A stretch of 63,062 bases of DNA, counting the filler, from Globobulimina sp. (Eukaryota): assembly GCA_003354225.1 (NCBI GenBank). It is 52 parts of 52 records of this genome, joined end to end, with 100 filler letters (N's around TTAATTAATTAA, not from the genome) between each part and the next. Parts side by side here need not be neighbours in the genome. Positions count along the whole stretch, not along the records: positions 12,152 to 13,266 come from PIVH01023112.1; positions 13,367 to 14,481 come from PIVH01023113.1; positions 14,582 to 15,696 come from PIVH01023114.1; positions 15,797 to 16,911 come from PIVH01023115.1; positions 17,012 to 18,126 come from PIVH01023116.1; positions 18,227 to 19,341 come from PIVH01023117.1; positions 19,442 to 20,556 come from PIVH01023118.1; positions 20,657 to 21,771 come from PIVH01023119.1; 44 more parts are not named here. One strand, written 5' to 3'. A program made the position numbers and the translations under genes. The notes beneath the pieces were generated by a model that saw nothing but the letters and a program-made list of their open reading frames with translations, did no database searches and was not told where the DNA came from. This document shows, in pieces, positions 12,428-23,302 of this stretch. The stretch's first letter is position 1. Each line of letters begins with the position of its first letter.

Positions 12428-13366
12428 TCCATATTAAAAAGAATTTAATGGTTAGTAATTATACGTTAGATTCCCGTGCTTTATAGCTTTCAAAAATATC
12501 GAAAGTTATCAATTTGTAATCGATTTTTATGGATAATAATAACATTATAAAATAATTGATACCTGTACATATAACCAATATTGTGTGTCGTGTAACTGGA
12601 TTAATGGCCCTTGATTTATTGTCAGCATAATATCTACGTTGTTCCCTAAAAAATACAATTATATTAATTTATTATTAAACTAAAGGAAGAACTTGCAGGT
12701 TTAAAGGGGGTCTAACATAGTCTTGATAACATTTTGGCAAGTTGGTTTTAAATTTTTTTATGCTCTTTCTGTTGGCTTAAAATTGTAAAAGTGCAAAATG
12801 TACAAATATAATGCACATACATTTGTAATCTAATGTGTTCAGCCCGCTCTTCGTCGATTTTATGCCTATCAGCAGCCTGACGTTTTGGTATCTTTTGTCG
12901 CTCGGTCTTAAACAATTGACAAATGTTACAAGCATTCATCTGGGTGGTATGCTAAAATAACTTTTATTATAAATCATTTAACTTACATGCACTACTATTG
13001 TACATATCGATGGCAGAGCCCCGAAATGGTCAAACTAATAAAAACACCCACTAATTAGTGAATACTACTATTATAATACTGTATGTATGTAAACTGTCAC
13101 TCGTGGCTACATTTCAATATAAAGCTACTGTACAGTACAGCAGGGTTAAAAATGAAAAGAATCCACTTACCGTCATTAATTTAACATCACCCTTAACACG
13201 CTCAAAAAGTGTACAGAAATATTTGTAGTCAATATCACGGTCACCAAACCAATCATCACTTCGAGANNNNNNNNNNNNNNNNNNNNNNNNNNNNNNNNNN
13301 NNNNNNNNNNTTAATTAATTAANNNNNNNNNNNNNNNNNNNNNNNNNNNNNNNNNNNNNNNNNNNN

Positions 13367-14478
13367 TATGATTTGTGTAAATTTGTTATAACCCCAACCC
13401 CACAAACGTTGTTTAGTATCAATAACGCAAATATGTCTGGAACCACTGCTCATTGTTATACATTCCACATCAACATCAACATTACTATTATCAGTATCAA
13501 ATGAAACCAATTGAGGTATTTTTGAGTGAGTAATATTTTTACCAACACCTAACTGTCCATTTTTATTCAATCCCCAGGTATAAATACAGCCCATTTTTGT
13601 CATAACACAAGAATGCCACAATCCACAATCTATTAATTTAACACTAATCAGCGGTGACACAAAATGAGTGACAACACTTGGATAAGCAACGTATGATTCC
13701 GATGCATCTGACTTTGTTTCATGATCATCCATCATTTCACTGCAACAATGATAGAGATTTGACCCCCAACAATATACATTATCTGTTTCTGATAAAGCAA
13801 TGTTATGAATTAATCCACATTCTATATTTATTATTTTTTCATTGTTAAACCATTTTGAATCTATTTTTGAAGCAATACATTCATTTTCAATTTCATCCAT
13901 TTTACTTTCATTATGTTCCCTGTTTATTTCTCTATTCTCTCCGCATTCATATACACTTCCATCGGAATCAAGTAACAATGAATATTTCTCTGCGCAAACG
14001 ATTTTATTTAGGTTTTTGTTGGGTTTGTTTAGGAATTTTGACATCGGAATAACACTATTTTTGTTGTAATTTGAAATATTAATATATTTATGAATTGATT
14101 GGGCATTAAACTAAACAGTGGAGTGTCCAGATATTGTTTGTATGATGGAGTTAAACCTAAAATTCCGTGTTGATTGTTACCAATTAAGATAATATAACTT
14201 TCGTTTTCTGAGTGATTAATAGCTGCCATCATACAGCTAAGATTGACGAATAAAGATGAAGTTATTGACGTATTTATGTTGATATCTTTTCTTTGTAATA
14301 AATTACATAAAATTGCAGTTAAATTGGTAGTTTTTATATTGGTGTCAATTGAAAATGGTAGCTCTCCAATGATGTGTATTTCAGAAGAGGTATCATTGGT
14401 AGTTTGTAATATTATGCACGATTCTGTGCAACATACAGGTATTCCTGATATTTTTGGAAACGTGGATGAACCAAGCAA
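13367..14478 (-). CDS. RCC1-repeat protein, split over two frames near 14029-14044
   Basis: IECGLIHNIAL..VYCWGSN, IDCGLWHSCV..IYTWGLNKNGQLG, SSGSRHICV..LWGWGYNKFTQ; upstream frame has GNNQHGILG. Confidence 0.85.
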
Positions 14479-14669
14479 GCANNNNNNNNNNNNNNNNNNN
14501 NNNNNNNNNNNNNNNNNNNNNNNNNTTAATTAATTAANNNNNNNNNNNNNNNNNNNNNNNNNNNNNNNNNNNNNNNNNNNNAATTAACTACCTAATCCGT
14601 GTAATTTTGTGTATACCATAATTTCAAATAACATACAAAAACATCGCGCAAATAACATACCCAAAAACC

Positions 14670-14709
14670 TTGCCAATCACAAAAGAAGTGTGAACCTAAA
14701 AAGTCAAAT
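14670..14709 (+). repeat. Dispersed repeat, copy 1 (shared with 46898-46977)
   Basis: TTGCCAATCACAAAAGAAGTGTGAACCTAAAAAGT occurs in both unrelated contigs. Confidence 0.75.
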
Positions 14710-14817
14710 GTAATGGTCACCTGAACGCAAAAAAAAGCCAGTAAAAAATAAATTAAATTAAATAAACTGTCAAAGCAGATATAATTATCAGGTCTGTATC
14801 GCAATATAACCAATTGA

Positions 14818-15696
14818 TTATTCATATTCTTCATCGGATTCATCTGTATCTTCATCGCTATCATTATCATTATTGTCTAATTGCTCCCAAAAATCTTTGC
14901 TTTGCTGATATCGTGATTTAATTTTTCGGGCTTTTTTTTCATATTCTTGTTTTCCTAAAATTTGTTTTGCTGATTTGGCACCAAATTGTGTTAAAATTTT
15001 AATTCCTTCACCAATTCTGAGTTGTCTTTGCAATGTATTTGATGAAAATATCGCCAATATAAACTGATCCATATTTGATGCATTGTTTTTTATAATTTCC
15101 GAGCAATTATTACATAAATCCAATGCGGACATTGGTGCAATATGGAAAAATTCATTAATGTCGGAAGATTCGCTAGTTGTATGAACAATATTTGTTATCT
15201 CTTTGTTGCAAACTAAAGCATTTATATCCATTCCATATTTAATTAAAAATTTGACTGTTTCAATGCAGCCATTTAATGCAAAAAAATGTAAAAACGTAAT
15301 ATTGTTTGAATATAAATTTAAATCCATCAAATTAATATTTTCAATTTCTTTTAATGCCTTTTCTGCATTAACAGCTGTCATAGCCGCATGAATTAATATG
15401 AAATCAATATTTTCTTCCTGTAACTGAGCCATTGCTGGCTGTGGTAAATACATTTTACTTCCTTTGGTCCTACCATGTTTCGGAATGCATTTTGTTAATA
15501 ATTTTTTTTCAGTTACTTGACTAGAAGTTTTCCAATGATTTATAAGTTGAAATAAATGCAACCAAAGTCCATGCTGTTGTTCATCTTTATTAATATATTG
15601 TATATCGTAATGATTATCGTAATTTGATCTTAATTCATCAGATTTTGATTTTTTCCATTCCCATTTTTTAGCACATTGAGCAATAACAGCATATAT
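14818..15696 (-). CDS. Ankyrin-repeat-containing protein, C-terminal part with acidic tail
   Basis: TFLHFFALNGCIETVKFLIKYGMDINA; frame open to contig end. Confidence 0.7.
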   Translation of the reverse strand: MYAVIAQCAKKWEWKKSKSDELRSNYDNHYDIQYINKDEQQHGLWLHLFQLINHWKTSSQVTEKKLLTKCIPKHGRTKGSKMYLPQPAMAQLQEENIDFILIHAAMTAVNAEKALKEIENINLMDLNLYSNNITFLHFFALNGCIETVKFLIKYGMDINALVCNKEITNIVHTTSESSDINEFFHIAPMSALDLCNNCSEIIKNNASNMDQFILAIFSSNTLQRQLRIGEGIKILTQFGAKSAKQILGKQEYEKKARKIKSRYQQSKDFWEQLDNNDNDSDEDTDESDEEYE

Positions 15697-15886
15697 NNNN
15701 NNNNNNNNNNNNNNNNNNNNNNNNNNNNNNNNNNNNNNNNTTAATTAATTAANNNNNNNNNNNNNNNNNNNNNNNNNNNNNNNNNNNNNNNNNNNNTATG
15801 TTTAATTTTTTAAAATTTTCATTTTTTATCCTTACACGCAATATTTTTTTAATTTTTTTCTGTTATTATATATAGTAAATATAACA

Positions 15887-16911
15887 ATGTCTTTACACAA
15901 AATACGTGTAATGAGACGAAGTAAACCTGTTTGTTGGCTCAATAGTACTGCACAATTTTTCAACGTCATTCCTTGGCCTAGTGCCTTTTACAATTATGAA
16001 AGAAAAGAAAAGGATGTATTCGCAGTTACATTTAATTTAATTGCGCAATTACGTGCCAAAAAAACACAACCAATTTCAGCAGAACAATGTAACAAAGCTG
16101 CACAATATTTTATTGATTATGTCAACTATCAAAAAACAAAAATAATAACAGATAATATTAAAATCTCCGATATAAAATGGGACATTGGTATTGAGCAAGA
16201 TGCTGAGGCATGTGTCGGTTATTTTTTGAACATGCTCGCCGATTTAAAAGATGACAGAGCCGTGCCCGATGCTTTAACTGTTACTGCTGGAAATATTACG
16301 ATAATTGACAGAATGCAAAAATTTATTAGAAATAATTTTGCCTTTGCAACAAGCGATTGGTTAAATTGTGAAAACAAACAAACTGGGCATGTTTGTAACA
16401 CAGTTGCACAATATATGTTGACTCTTGATTTACCTGTTGACAATTCAAGCTGTTCATTACAACAATTAATTGAAATGTATATAAAATCAGAGCCAGTAGA
16501 TTTATTAGAATGCGTGCATTGTAAAGAAAATCATTCAGATGTTAAACAAACCAAATTTGCACAATTATCAGAAAAATATTTGATGATTCATTTAAAACGC
16601 TTCGTCTTTGATGAGTCTATTTCAATGGAAGGCATGAAAAAAACCAATGCTGTTGATTGCACAAAACATGTTGTTTTAACCTGTAATGATACACACACTG
16701 CGTACAAAGTTATTTCGGTAATTAATCATTATGGACACAGTGTTCAATATGGTCATTATTCCACTGACATAGCAACAAGTAATGGTGTTGTAAATTGTAA
16801 TGATGACAGAATTAAAAAAGTTCCACATTTTAATTCCAAAGCATGTTATGTTATTTTATTAGAAAAATTAAATAACCAACAAGGTTCTGCTGCTCTATCT
16901 GACTATGTTTC
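15887..16911 (+). CDS. Ubiquitin-specific protease (peptidase C19), compact and intronless
   Basis: Cys box CWLNS, QDAE, CxxC, IHLKRF, His box HYGHSVQYGHY, CNDD. Confidence 0.88.
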
Positions 16912-17011
16912 NNNNNNNNNNNNNNNNNNNNNNNNNNNNNNNNNNNNNNNNNNNNTTAATTAATTAANNNNNNNNNNNNNNNNNNNNNNNNNNNNNNNNN
17001 NNNNNNNNNNN

Positions 17012-17382
17012 ATCCCCAGCGTGAGCAAGTTTTTTTAATTTTTATTTATTCTTAATAATTTTATTTTTTGAAGTTTTCGAAGTCAGAAGAAGTTGAAAAA
17101 CGAATGCCGAATAACATTAAACGTGGATTTGATGTAGTTTATGAAGCGGAGTCAATAAAATACCAGGTATCTAGTTTTACAATATAATACATATGTGAAC
17201 TAGAAGCCTAACAATAGTTGTCTCTCACCGCACTCGACTCCGCTTCATAAACTACATCAAATCCACGTTTTATGTTATTCGGCATTCGTTTTTCAACTTC
17301 TTTTGACTTTGAAAACTTCAAAAAATAAAATTATAAAGAATAAATAAACATTAAAAAAATTGCTTCCGCTGGGGATCGAACC
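17012..17382. repeat. Imperfect inverted repeat of about 140 bp (arms 17012-17153 and 17236-17376, 82-bp loop) ending in a tRNA-like 3' half
   Basis: Arms are reverse complements with scattered mismatches; minus strand 17382-17361 reads GGTTCGATCCCCAGCGGAAGCA followed by a T run. Confidence 0.88.
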
Positions 17383-18226
17383 TTTCGCGGCTATGTCGGA
17401 ATTTGTTAATTTTCATCTATTTGTGTTATAACTATCTTATATTGATGATAAATTGACATTCCCACCTTAAATGAAGCTGTTCAGCATGCACAACACTGTT
17501 TGTCGCACAATTCACAATTTTCGGTTACAGTGTGTCATGTTAGGTGAAAAAAATCGAAACGTGCCTCCCATTTTAGTAACTCACTATTAGCTCTATTTTG
17601 TGCAGCTTTTCACGTAGAATCCGATTCTGAAATAAAATGAGTGCGGATTTGAGTATAAGAGGCTCAAAATTCCATTTTTCGCAAATTTTTTATATTTTTT
17701 AAATAATTTTACTCATTTTATTGACTATTTAGGGCGAGCCAGGGGCAATTATGGGTGTATAACATCAGAATTAGTTACTATACAGTGAGTGCCAATTAGC
17801 AAATGTCGATTTAAAAGCTTTTGAAGCAATAACTAGTTTTTGTGCTGAGTTGGGCACCCAAAACTTCAATCTTGCGCAGATTAGTGTTTAAGTCTAAAAA
17901 TTGCCAAAACACGTTAGGATAGTTATTTTTTAGTCGAATGGAACCTGTTAGACGCAAAAATTAAAAAACTCAGAAAAAAATTTGAGAGCGAACCTATTGG
18001 TTTTGTTCCAATTTTACAGACCTTGGTATCTTAATGCTATTTTGTGATATTTCCTGATAATTACTGTTAATTATTCTTATGTTGTATTCTTTACAGTTTA
18101 AACAGACGTGTTGGAAGAAATGCGTCNNNNNNNNNNNNNNNNNNNNNNNNNNNNNNNNNNNNNNNNNNNNTTAATTAATTAANNNNNNNNNNNNNNNNNN
18201 NNNNNNNNNNNNNNNNNNNNNNNNNN

Positions 18227-18465
18227 CCGTGAGTAGTACGGTCACGCATCTTGGAAAAACCAGACCAATCAACGCGCGGGTATTTTTGTTTTATCTCTAC
18301 GGAAATATGCTTCATCGCCTCGCCAATGCGCTCAATTCCTTTCTCAACGGCCATTTGACGCATCTCGTCTTGAAAGAATGTTTCCTGGCTGATTTCAGCC
18401 ACAAAGCGGTTCAGTAGGTCCGCGTTATGCACAATATCGGCTAGAAAACTCTCGTCAGGCCGCAT
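18227..18465 (-). CDS. hepT: HEPN/DUF86 RNase toxin (HepT-like), 3' truncated; bacterial
   Basis: AVEKGIERIGEAMK...YPRVDWSGFSKMRDRTTH with the RX4H motif; start overlaps the end of the MNT gene. Confidence 0.88.
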
Positions 18466-18754
18466 AAATCACAGTCTTGTTTTGTAACGCCGTTTCTTTG
18501 GCAAAGGGCTTTAGGCTGTTTGGGGTAAACAAATCCACTTCACGCCCCAAGAGAGCGGTTAGTTCATCCTGAAGACTAAAGAAGCGTTGATAACCCACGC
18601 CGGCATCCGCTTCAAATTCTACCAGAATATCCACATCACTCTCTGGGCTAAAATCATCTCGTAATACAGATCCAAATAGGGCTAATTCACGAATGTGATA
18701 GCGCTGGCAGAAAGTTGTTATCTTTTCACTTGAGATGTTAATTTGAGAAGGCAT
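18455..18754 (-). CDS. mntA: Minimal nucleotidyltransferase antitoxin (MntA-like); bacterial
   Basis: LFGSVLRDDFSPESDVDILVEF (GSX10DXD), LLGREVDL; 99 aa; AAGGA 9 nt upstream of the ATG. Confidence 0.92.
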   Translation of the reverse strand: MPSQINISSEKITTFCQRYHIRELALFGSVLRDDFSPESDVDILVEFEADAGVGYQRFFSLQDELTALLGREVDLFTPNSLKPFAKETALQNKTVIYAA

Positions 18755-19341
18755 AAAGTTGTATCCTTCATTTGACTATAAAAAGCGGCGTAGAATATAC
18801 CGCCGTCTTTCATCTCTATTCCGCCTAAACCTATTTTTCCCGACGCATCGGTCTCAATTATTAAGTCCGAATTGGCCTTATCGTAAAGCAGCCATTTAAA
18901 TGGGATTTTATTCTTTGATGGATCCCTTATTGGCACTAATACCATATTTATATCTCGCGCCATTTCCACTGTTATCCTTACAGTGTCTTTTGGGTCTTTT
19001 CCGGCGACGGCCTCCTCCAACCTTCTTAGCGCCGGAATTATATAATAATGGACATATGATATATGTCTTGATATTCCTACAAAAGATGTTATATCTTTTG
19101 CCTTTGCATCGGTCTTTTTCTTGTGTAATTTTAATAAATATTCTCCTTTTATTGTTGTTTTGATTATTTTGGCTCTTGGGATTGCCAAATAATTCTCAAT
19201 ACAGTTTATTATAAATCCGATCCATATCAGTATTTGGGTCGGAGTTATCATTTTTCGTTTTTGTGTCGGAATTCCCAGCCAATTAAACATCCATTTTATT
19301 GCGTAATATTGCTGCCAACATTTATTCTCATCATGATGGCC
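18755..19341 (-). mobile_element. DIRS-like retrotransposon fragment (RT thumb to start of RNase H)
   Basis: TPTQILIWIGFIIN, LAIPRAKI, SFVG, IETDASGKIGLGG fit the tyrosine-recombinase retroelement RT-RH pattern; frame runs into the MntA gene. Confidence 0.7.
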
Positions 19342-19442
19342 NNNNNNNNNNNNNNNNNNNNNNNNNNNNNNNNNNNNNNNNNNNNTTAATTAATTAANNN
19401 NNNNNNNNNNNNNNNNNNNNNNNNNNNNNNNNNNNNNNNNNT

Positions 19443-19649
19443 TGATCATACATTTGTGTATGATCACACGCACTTGAGCCCCATGAGCAAAAAAAAAAAA
19501 TATGAATTTGTCCATATGAATTTGATCATACATAGGTATGATCATATATTCTGTACGTATAAATGTGATCATACATATATGTATGATCACATGCACTTGA
19601 GGCCCACTTGGTGCATAAATTTGATCATACATACCGCTGTGATCATACC
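19443..19649. repeat. Cluster of four 22-24 bp palindromes TGATCATAC...GTATGATCA
   Basis: Units at 19443-19466, 19523-19544, 19566-19589 (perfect palindrome) and 19622-19645. Confidence 0.8.
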
Positions 19650-20894
19650 TTAAAGCATACATTGACTTGTTTCGAATACGCACGGTACAAGACAAATTTT
19701 AGGTTCTGTATGTTATGGTTTGCTAGAGGTTCAACAAAAAGTACAAGTCTGTGGAATAAATTAAAAATTTAAATTTTATCAAAGCAATAAAAAAAATAAA
19801 TGTCATTCAAAATAAAATTTTATTTATATTTATGTCATTCAAAATAAATGTCTTGTATATTTTTAATTTTTCTTTGATTCAATATTTTATGCATCAACAT
19901 CCATATCCTCAACTCCATTTAACACTCTACTTAATAGATTTTCTTTAATCATTTCTTCAATAATTTCTTGATCGCTTGAATGTTCACTCTCATCAATTTT
20001 TGATGGATCATCTTCACTCGAGTCATCATTTTCTCTTTTATCACTTTTTTTTCCCGATGACTTCATTGAGTGTAACTCTAAATTTTCTTTTATTTGTGAT
20101 TTCTTTTAGTTGTGCAAAGAACACAACGACAACCTGCTTTATATCCATATTTACATTGTTTCTTATTTAAATCAATATCCATATCACTGTCCTCATCACT
20201 GTCCATATCACTGTCCATATCACTTTCCATGTCAGAATCTTCTTCACTTTCATTATTTTCTTTTCCAACATCAATAATCTTTGTTCTTCGATTAATCTCT
20301 CGTTCACATCCAGTTTTTTACATTTTTCTAATCTACTCTGTGTTATCCCTAAATGCAAAAAAGACCAAAGTCCACCTGCCTGTTGAGCTGTTACTCGTTT
20401 GGTACTATTATCTGAATTTTCTGCAACACACCGTGCAATTGGCTTTTTTAATCCTTCAAATTTTTCAATATTATGTTTCTGGCAAGCTTTTTTGCGTGCA
20501 AATAATCGCATTAATTTTTGATCATATTTATTTAATTAGCCAGGTGTAAAGTTTTGNNNNNNNNNNNNNNNNNNNNNNNNNNNNNNNNNNNNNNNNNNNN
20601 TTAATTAATTAANNNNNNNNNNNNNNNNNNNNNNNNNNNNNNNNNNNNNNNNNNNNCATACGCTGAATGGGAAAGCAGTGGCAGTGCTCTTGAATCCAAT
20701 CATTTCAATTGCAACACTTACAATTAATAATAATGACAGTAATGATAACAAAATTCTTTTGGACCATGCGATTGATGATACTGCTTTTCAAAAGCTTTTC
20801 AAAAATGAGATAAAATTATGAATAAATGAGATAGGTTATGCGATTGGGCGGAAATGTTATGTGATTGGGCGCAAATTGCAAGTTACTGTCGGTA

Positions 20895-21689
20895 AATGAT
20901 AGAGTAGCAATTGAGAATCATATGTTTTGTGATGAATGTTATTTATGTAAAATAAATCGAGGTGGTATATGCATGTAGGAATTTAAGCCAATTTGTTCTG
21001 GGCAGAGGAACTATGTATATGGTGGTTCATGTGAATATTTTTTAATTAAAGAGAAATATTGTTATAAAATATATAGATCAAACGTTGAAGAGTTATCATG
21101 GAGAAATGCATCATTATTAGAACCAATGGGTGTGGCTTATAATGCTGTCAATAACTTATTAGATTTAGATAATTATCATAATGATAATTTAAATTTGGAT
21201 GAGAGAATATTAATTATTGGATCGGGAACAATCGGATGTTTTATAATCAATATATTATGCAATTATTTTGGATTTCGAAATGTTGCAACTATCGATGTTA
21301 TTGATTGGAAATTAAAAATCGCAAAAACAATTGGGGCTAATTAAATATATATTTAATAATGTCACAGATTTGGTGGATAATATTGGATTACATGGATATA
21401 TGGTTTCGATAAATTGATTGAATGTTCTGGGAATATTAATATGTTAAATAAAACATTTGATTTTATCCGCAAAGGAGGTGAAATGGTTTGGATTGGAATG
21501 TATAATAAAAATTTGAATGTCAGCAATATAAATGATAAAATTATAAGGAAATCAATACGAATCAAAACTATTCATGGTAGAAGAATATGGGAAACCTGGC
21601 AAAAGTGCGAAACTTTAATGAATGATCCTAAAATCAAAGAAAATGTCGATAAAATTTACAGTCCTGGGTTAATATTTGATTTGTGTTGA
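20895..21689 (+). pseudogene. tdh: Zn-dependent medium-chain dehydrogenase (L-threonine 3-dehydrogenase-like), disrupted
   Basis: DRVAIENHMFCDECYLC...IC structural Zn motif, LLEPMGVA, IIGSGTIG, IECSG, IHGRRIWETW, spread over several frames with stops. Confidence 0.7.
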
Positions 21690-21915
21690 TTTACAGTCCT
21701 GTGTTTTTATTGTGTGCTGAGTGTGTTGGGTTTATATATTTATTTGATTTGATTTGTTATGTTTGTATATANNNNNNNNNNNNNNNNNNNNNNNNNNNNN
21801 NNNNNNNNNNNNNNNTTAATTAATTAANNNNNNNNNNNNNNNNNNNNNNNNNNNNNNNNNNNNNNNNNNNNTTTATCAATTTTTAATTGGTTGATGTGAT
21901 ATTTGCATACAACAT

Positions 21916-22675
21916 TCATCCAAACAAATTGCTGTAATCTATGGTGTTATGGTCTAATGGATGTTCATTAACTTTCTTGCATCGACCGTCTTTGTACAGC
22001 TTTAATAAATCAGATCTTGTGCCTTTGACATATTTTACAATGTATTTAATAATTTTTACTCGATCTTTGATATCGAGCTTAAACGGTGGAAAGAATAAAT
22101 GCTTTTGTACGTGTTTAATACCACCATTTTTGTCAAAGCCTATTTTGTATTTATCATCATTTACGGATTTATCATAATCATCATATATCACTTTGACTGC
22201 ATCCATTAGTATCAGGCGCGGAGTGATGTAGTGCTCAGCTTGGCATTCAACGAAATAATGCATTAATGTTTCGTCATATTGCTGTGTGTGACACTCGCTA
22301 TGCTGTATACAATATGGTTCATACGAATGGTCATTGGCTTTGAACGCCATATATGTATTTAATGGCAATTGGTCAGCCATACACATGACTCTTATATCGT
22401 TTTCTATAGCAGACAGATATGGAATGACCTGGGCGAATTTTTTTGGGTTCCAACCAACTTTTAATTCATAATAATGCCGCCCCCAGCCATACGCATACGT
22501 ACTGAAATGTAGTCCGTATCTATTGTTATTCCATGTTTTTTCATCATATTTGTCCGCCAAATAACGGATTTCGGACTTTATCGTCTTATATGCGATCATG
22601 TTATTGGGATTCAACCACGTTTTGGGATCATTGTGAACTAACTTAAATAAAAAAAGTGCAAAATTTTCGATAATT
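21916..22675 (-). mobile_element. Probable C-terminus of a non-LTR retrotransposon ORF2 (zinc-binding region)
   Basis: YCIQHSECHTQQYDETLMHYFVEC matches the C..C...ETxxH...C motif found after LINE RT/RNase H. Confidence 0.55.
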
Positions 22676-22919
22676 TTGACCCAACTTCTTAACAAAATAT
22701 TGCATGTTCTGTTCGCGCTGGCATTGACTTTTGTCGGCCTGATGGCGGTGACTTTTGTCATTGGTCGTGTGCTGCCAACCGATCCGGCAATGGCTATTGT
22801 CGGTAATCGCGCTTCGGAAGAAGTCTATCAGGCGATGCGCCTGCAACTGGGACTGGATAAACCGATCCTTGTTCAATTCTGGATATTTTTCACCAGTGCA
22901 ATTCAGGGCGATTTCGGAG
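22676..22919 (+). CDS. dppB: Peptide ABC transporter permease (DppB-like), N-terminal fragment; bacterial
   Basis: VTFVIGRVLPTDPAMAIVG...RLQLGLDKPILVQFW...QGDFG; raised GC; similarity stops abruptly after GDFG. Confidence 0.85.
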
Positions 22920-23302
22920 GGTATGCGGCGGAACTGCAAGAACAATAAGGTCAAGGTCGGAGGCATCGAAGGAAAGGACTCCGGCCNNNNNNNNNNNNNN
23001 NNNNNNNNNNNNNNNNNNNNNNNNNNNNNNTTAATTAATTAANNNNNNNNNNNNNNNNNNNNNNNNNNNNNNNNNNNNNNNNNNNNGGTCATAGCGTCTG
23101 CATCTTATCCGATACACCACTGTACGTATAAAAATTTTTCCCCTTAGATGTTGAATAACCCGATCACAAATACACATTTTTATGACAATCGTTTTTGCGT
23201 TTAACTGAAGCGAAGTTGAAAAAGCATCCCACCGTGTTTTGCAAGCAAAGCACATAAACCATACTTTTTTCGCAAAGCACACACAGCCACACAATCCACA
23301 AA

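Noticed and set aside
17361-17440. Complete tRNA gene
   Set aside because: Only the T arm and 3' acceptor strand are recognisable; I see no D arm, anticodon arm or matching 5' strand.
19443-19649. CRISPR array
   Set aside because: Units vary internally, gaps are 21-56 bp and partly repeat each other, and no cas gene or leader is present.
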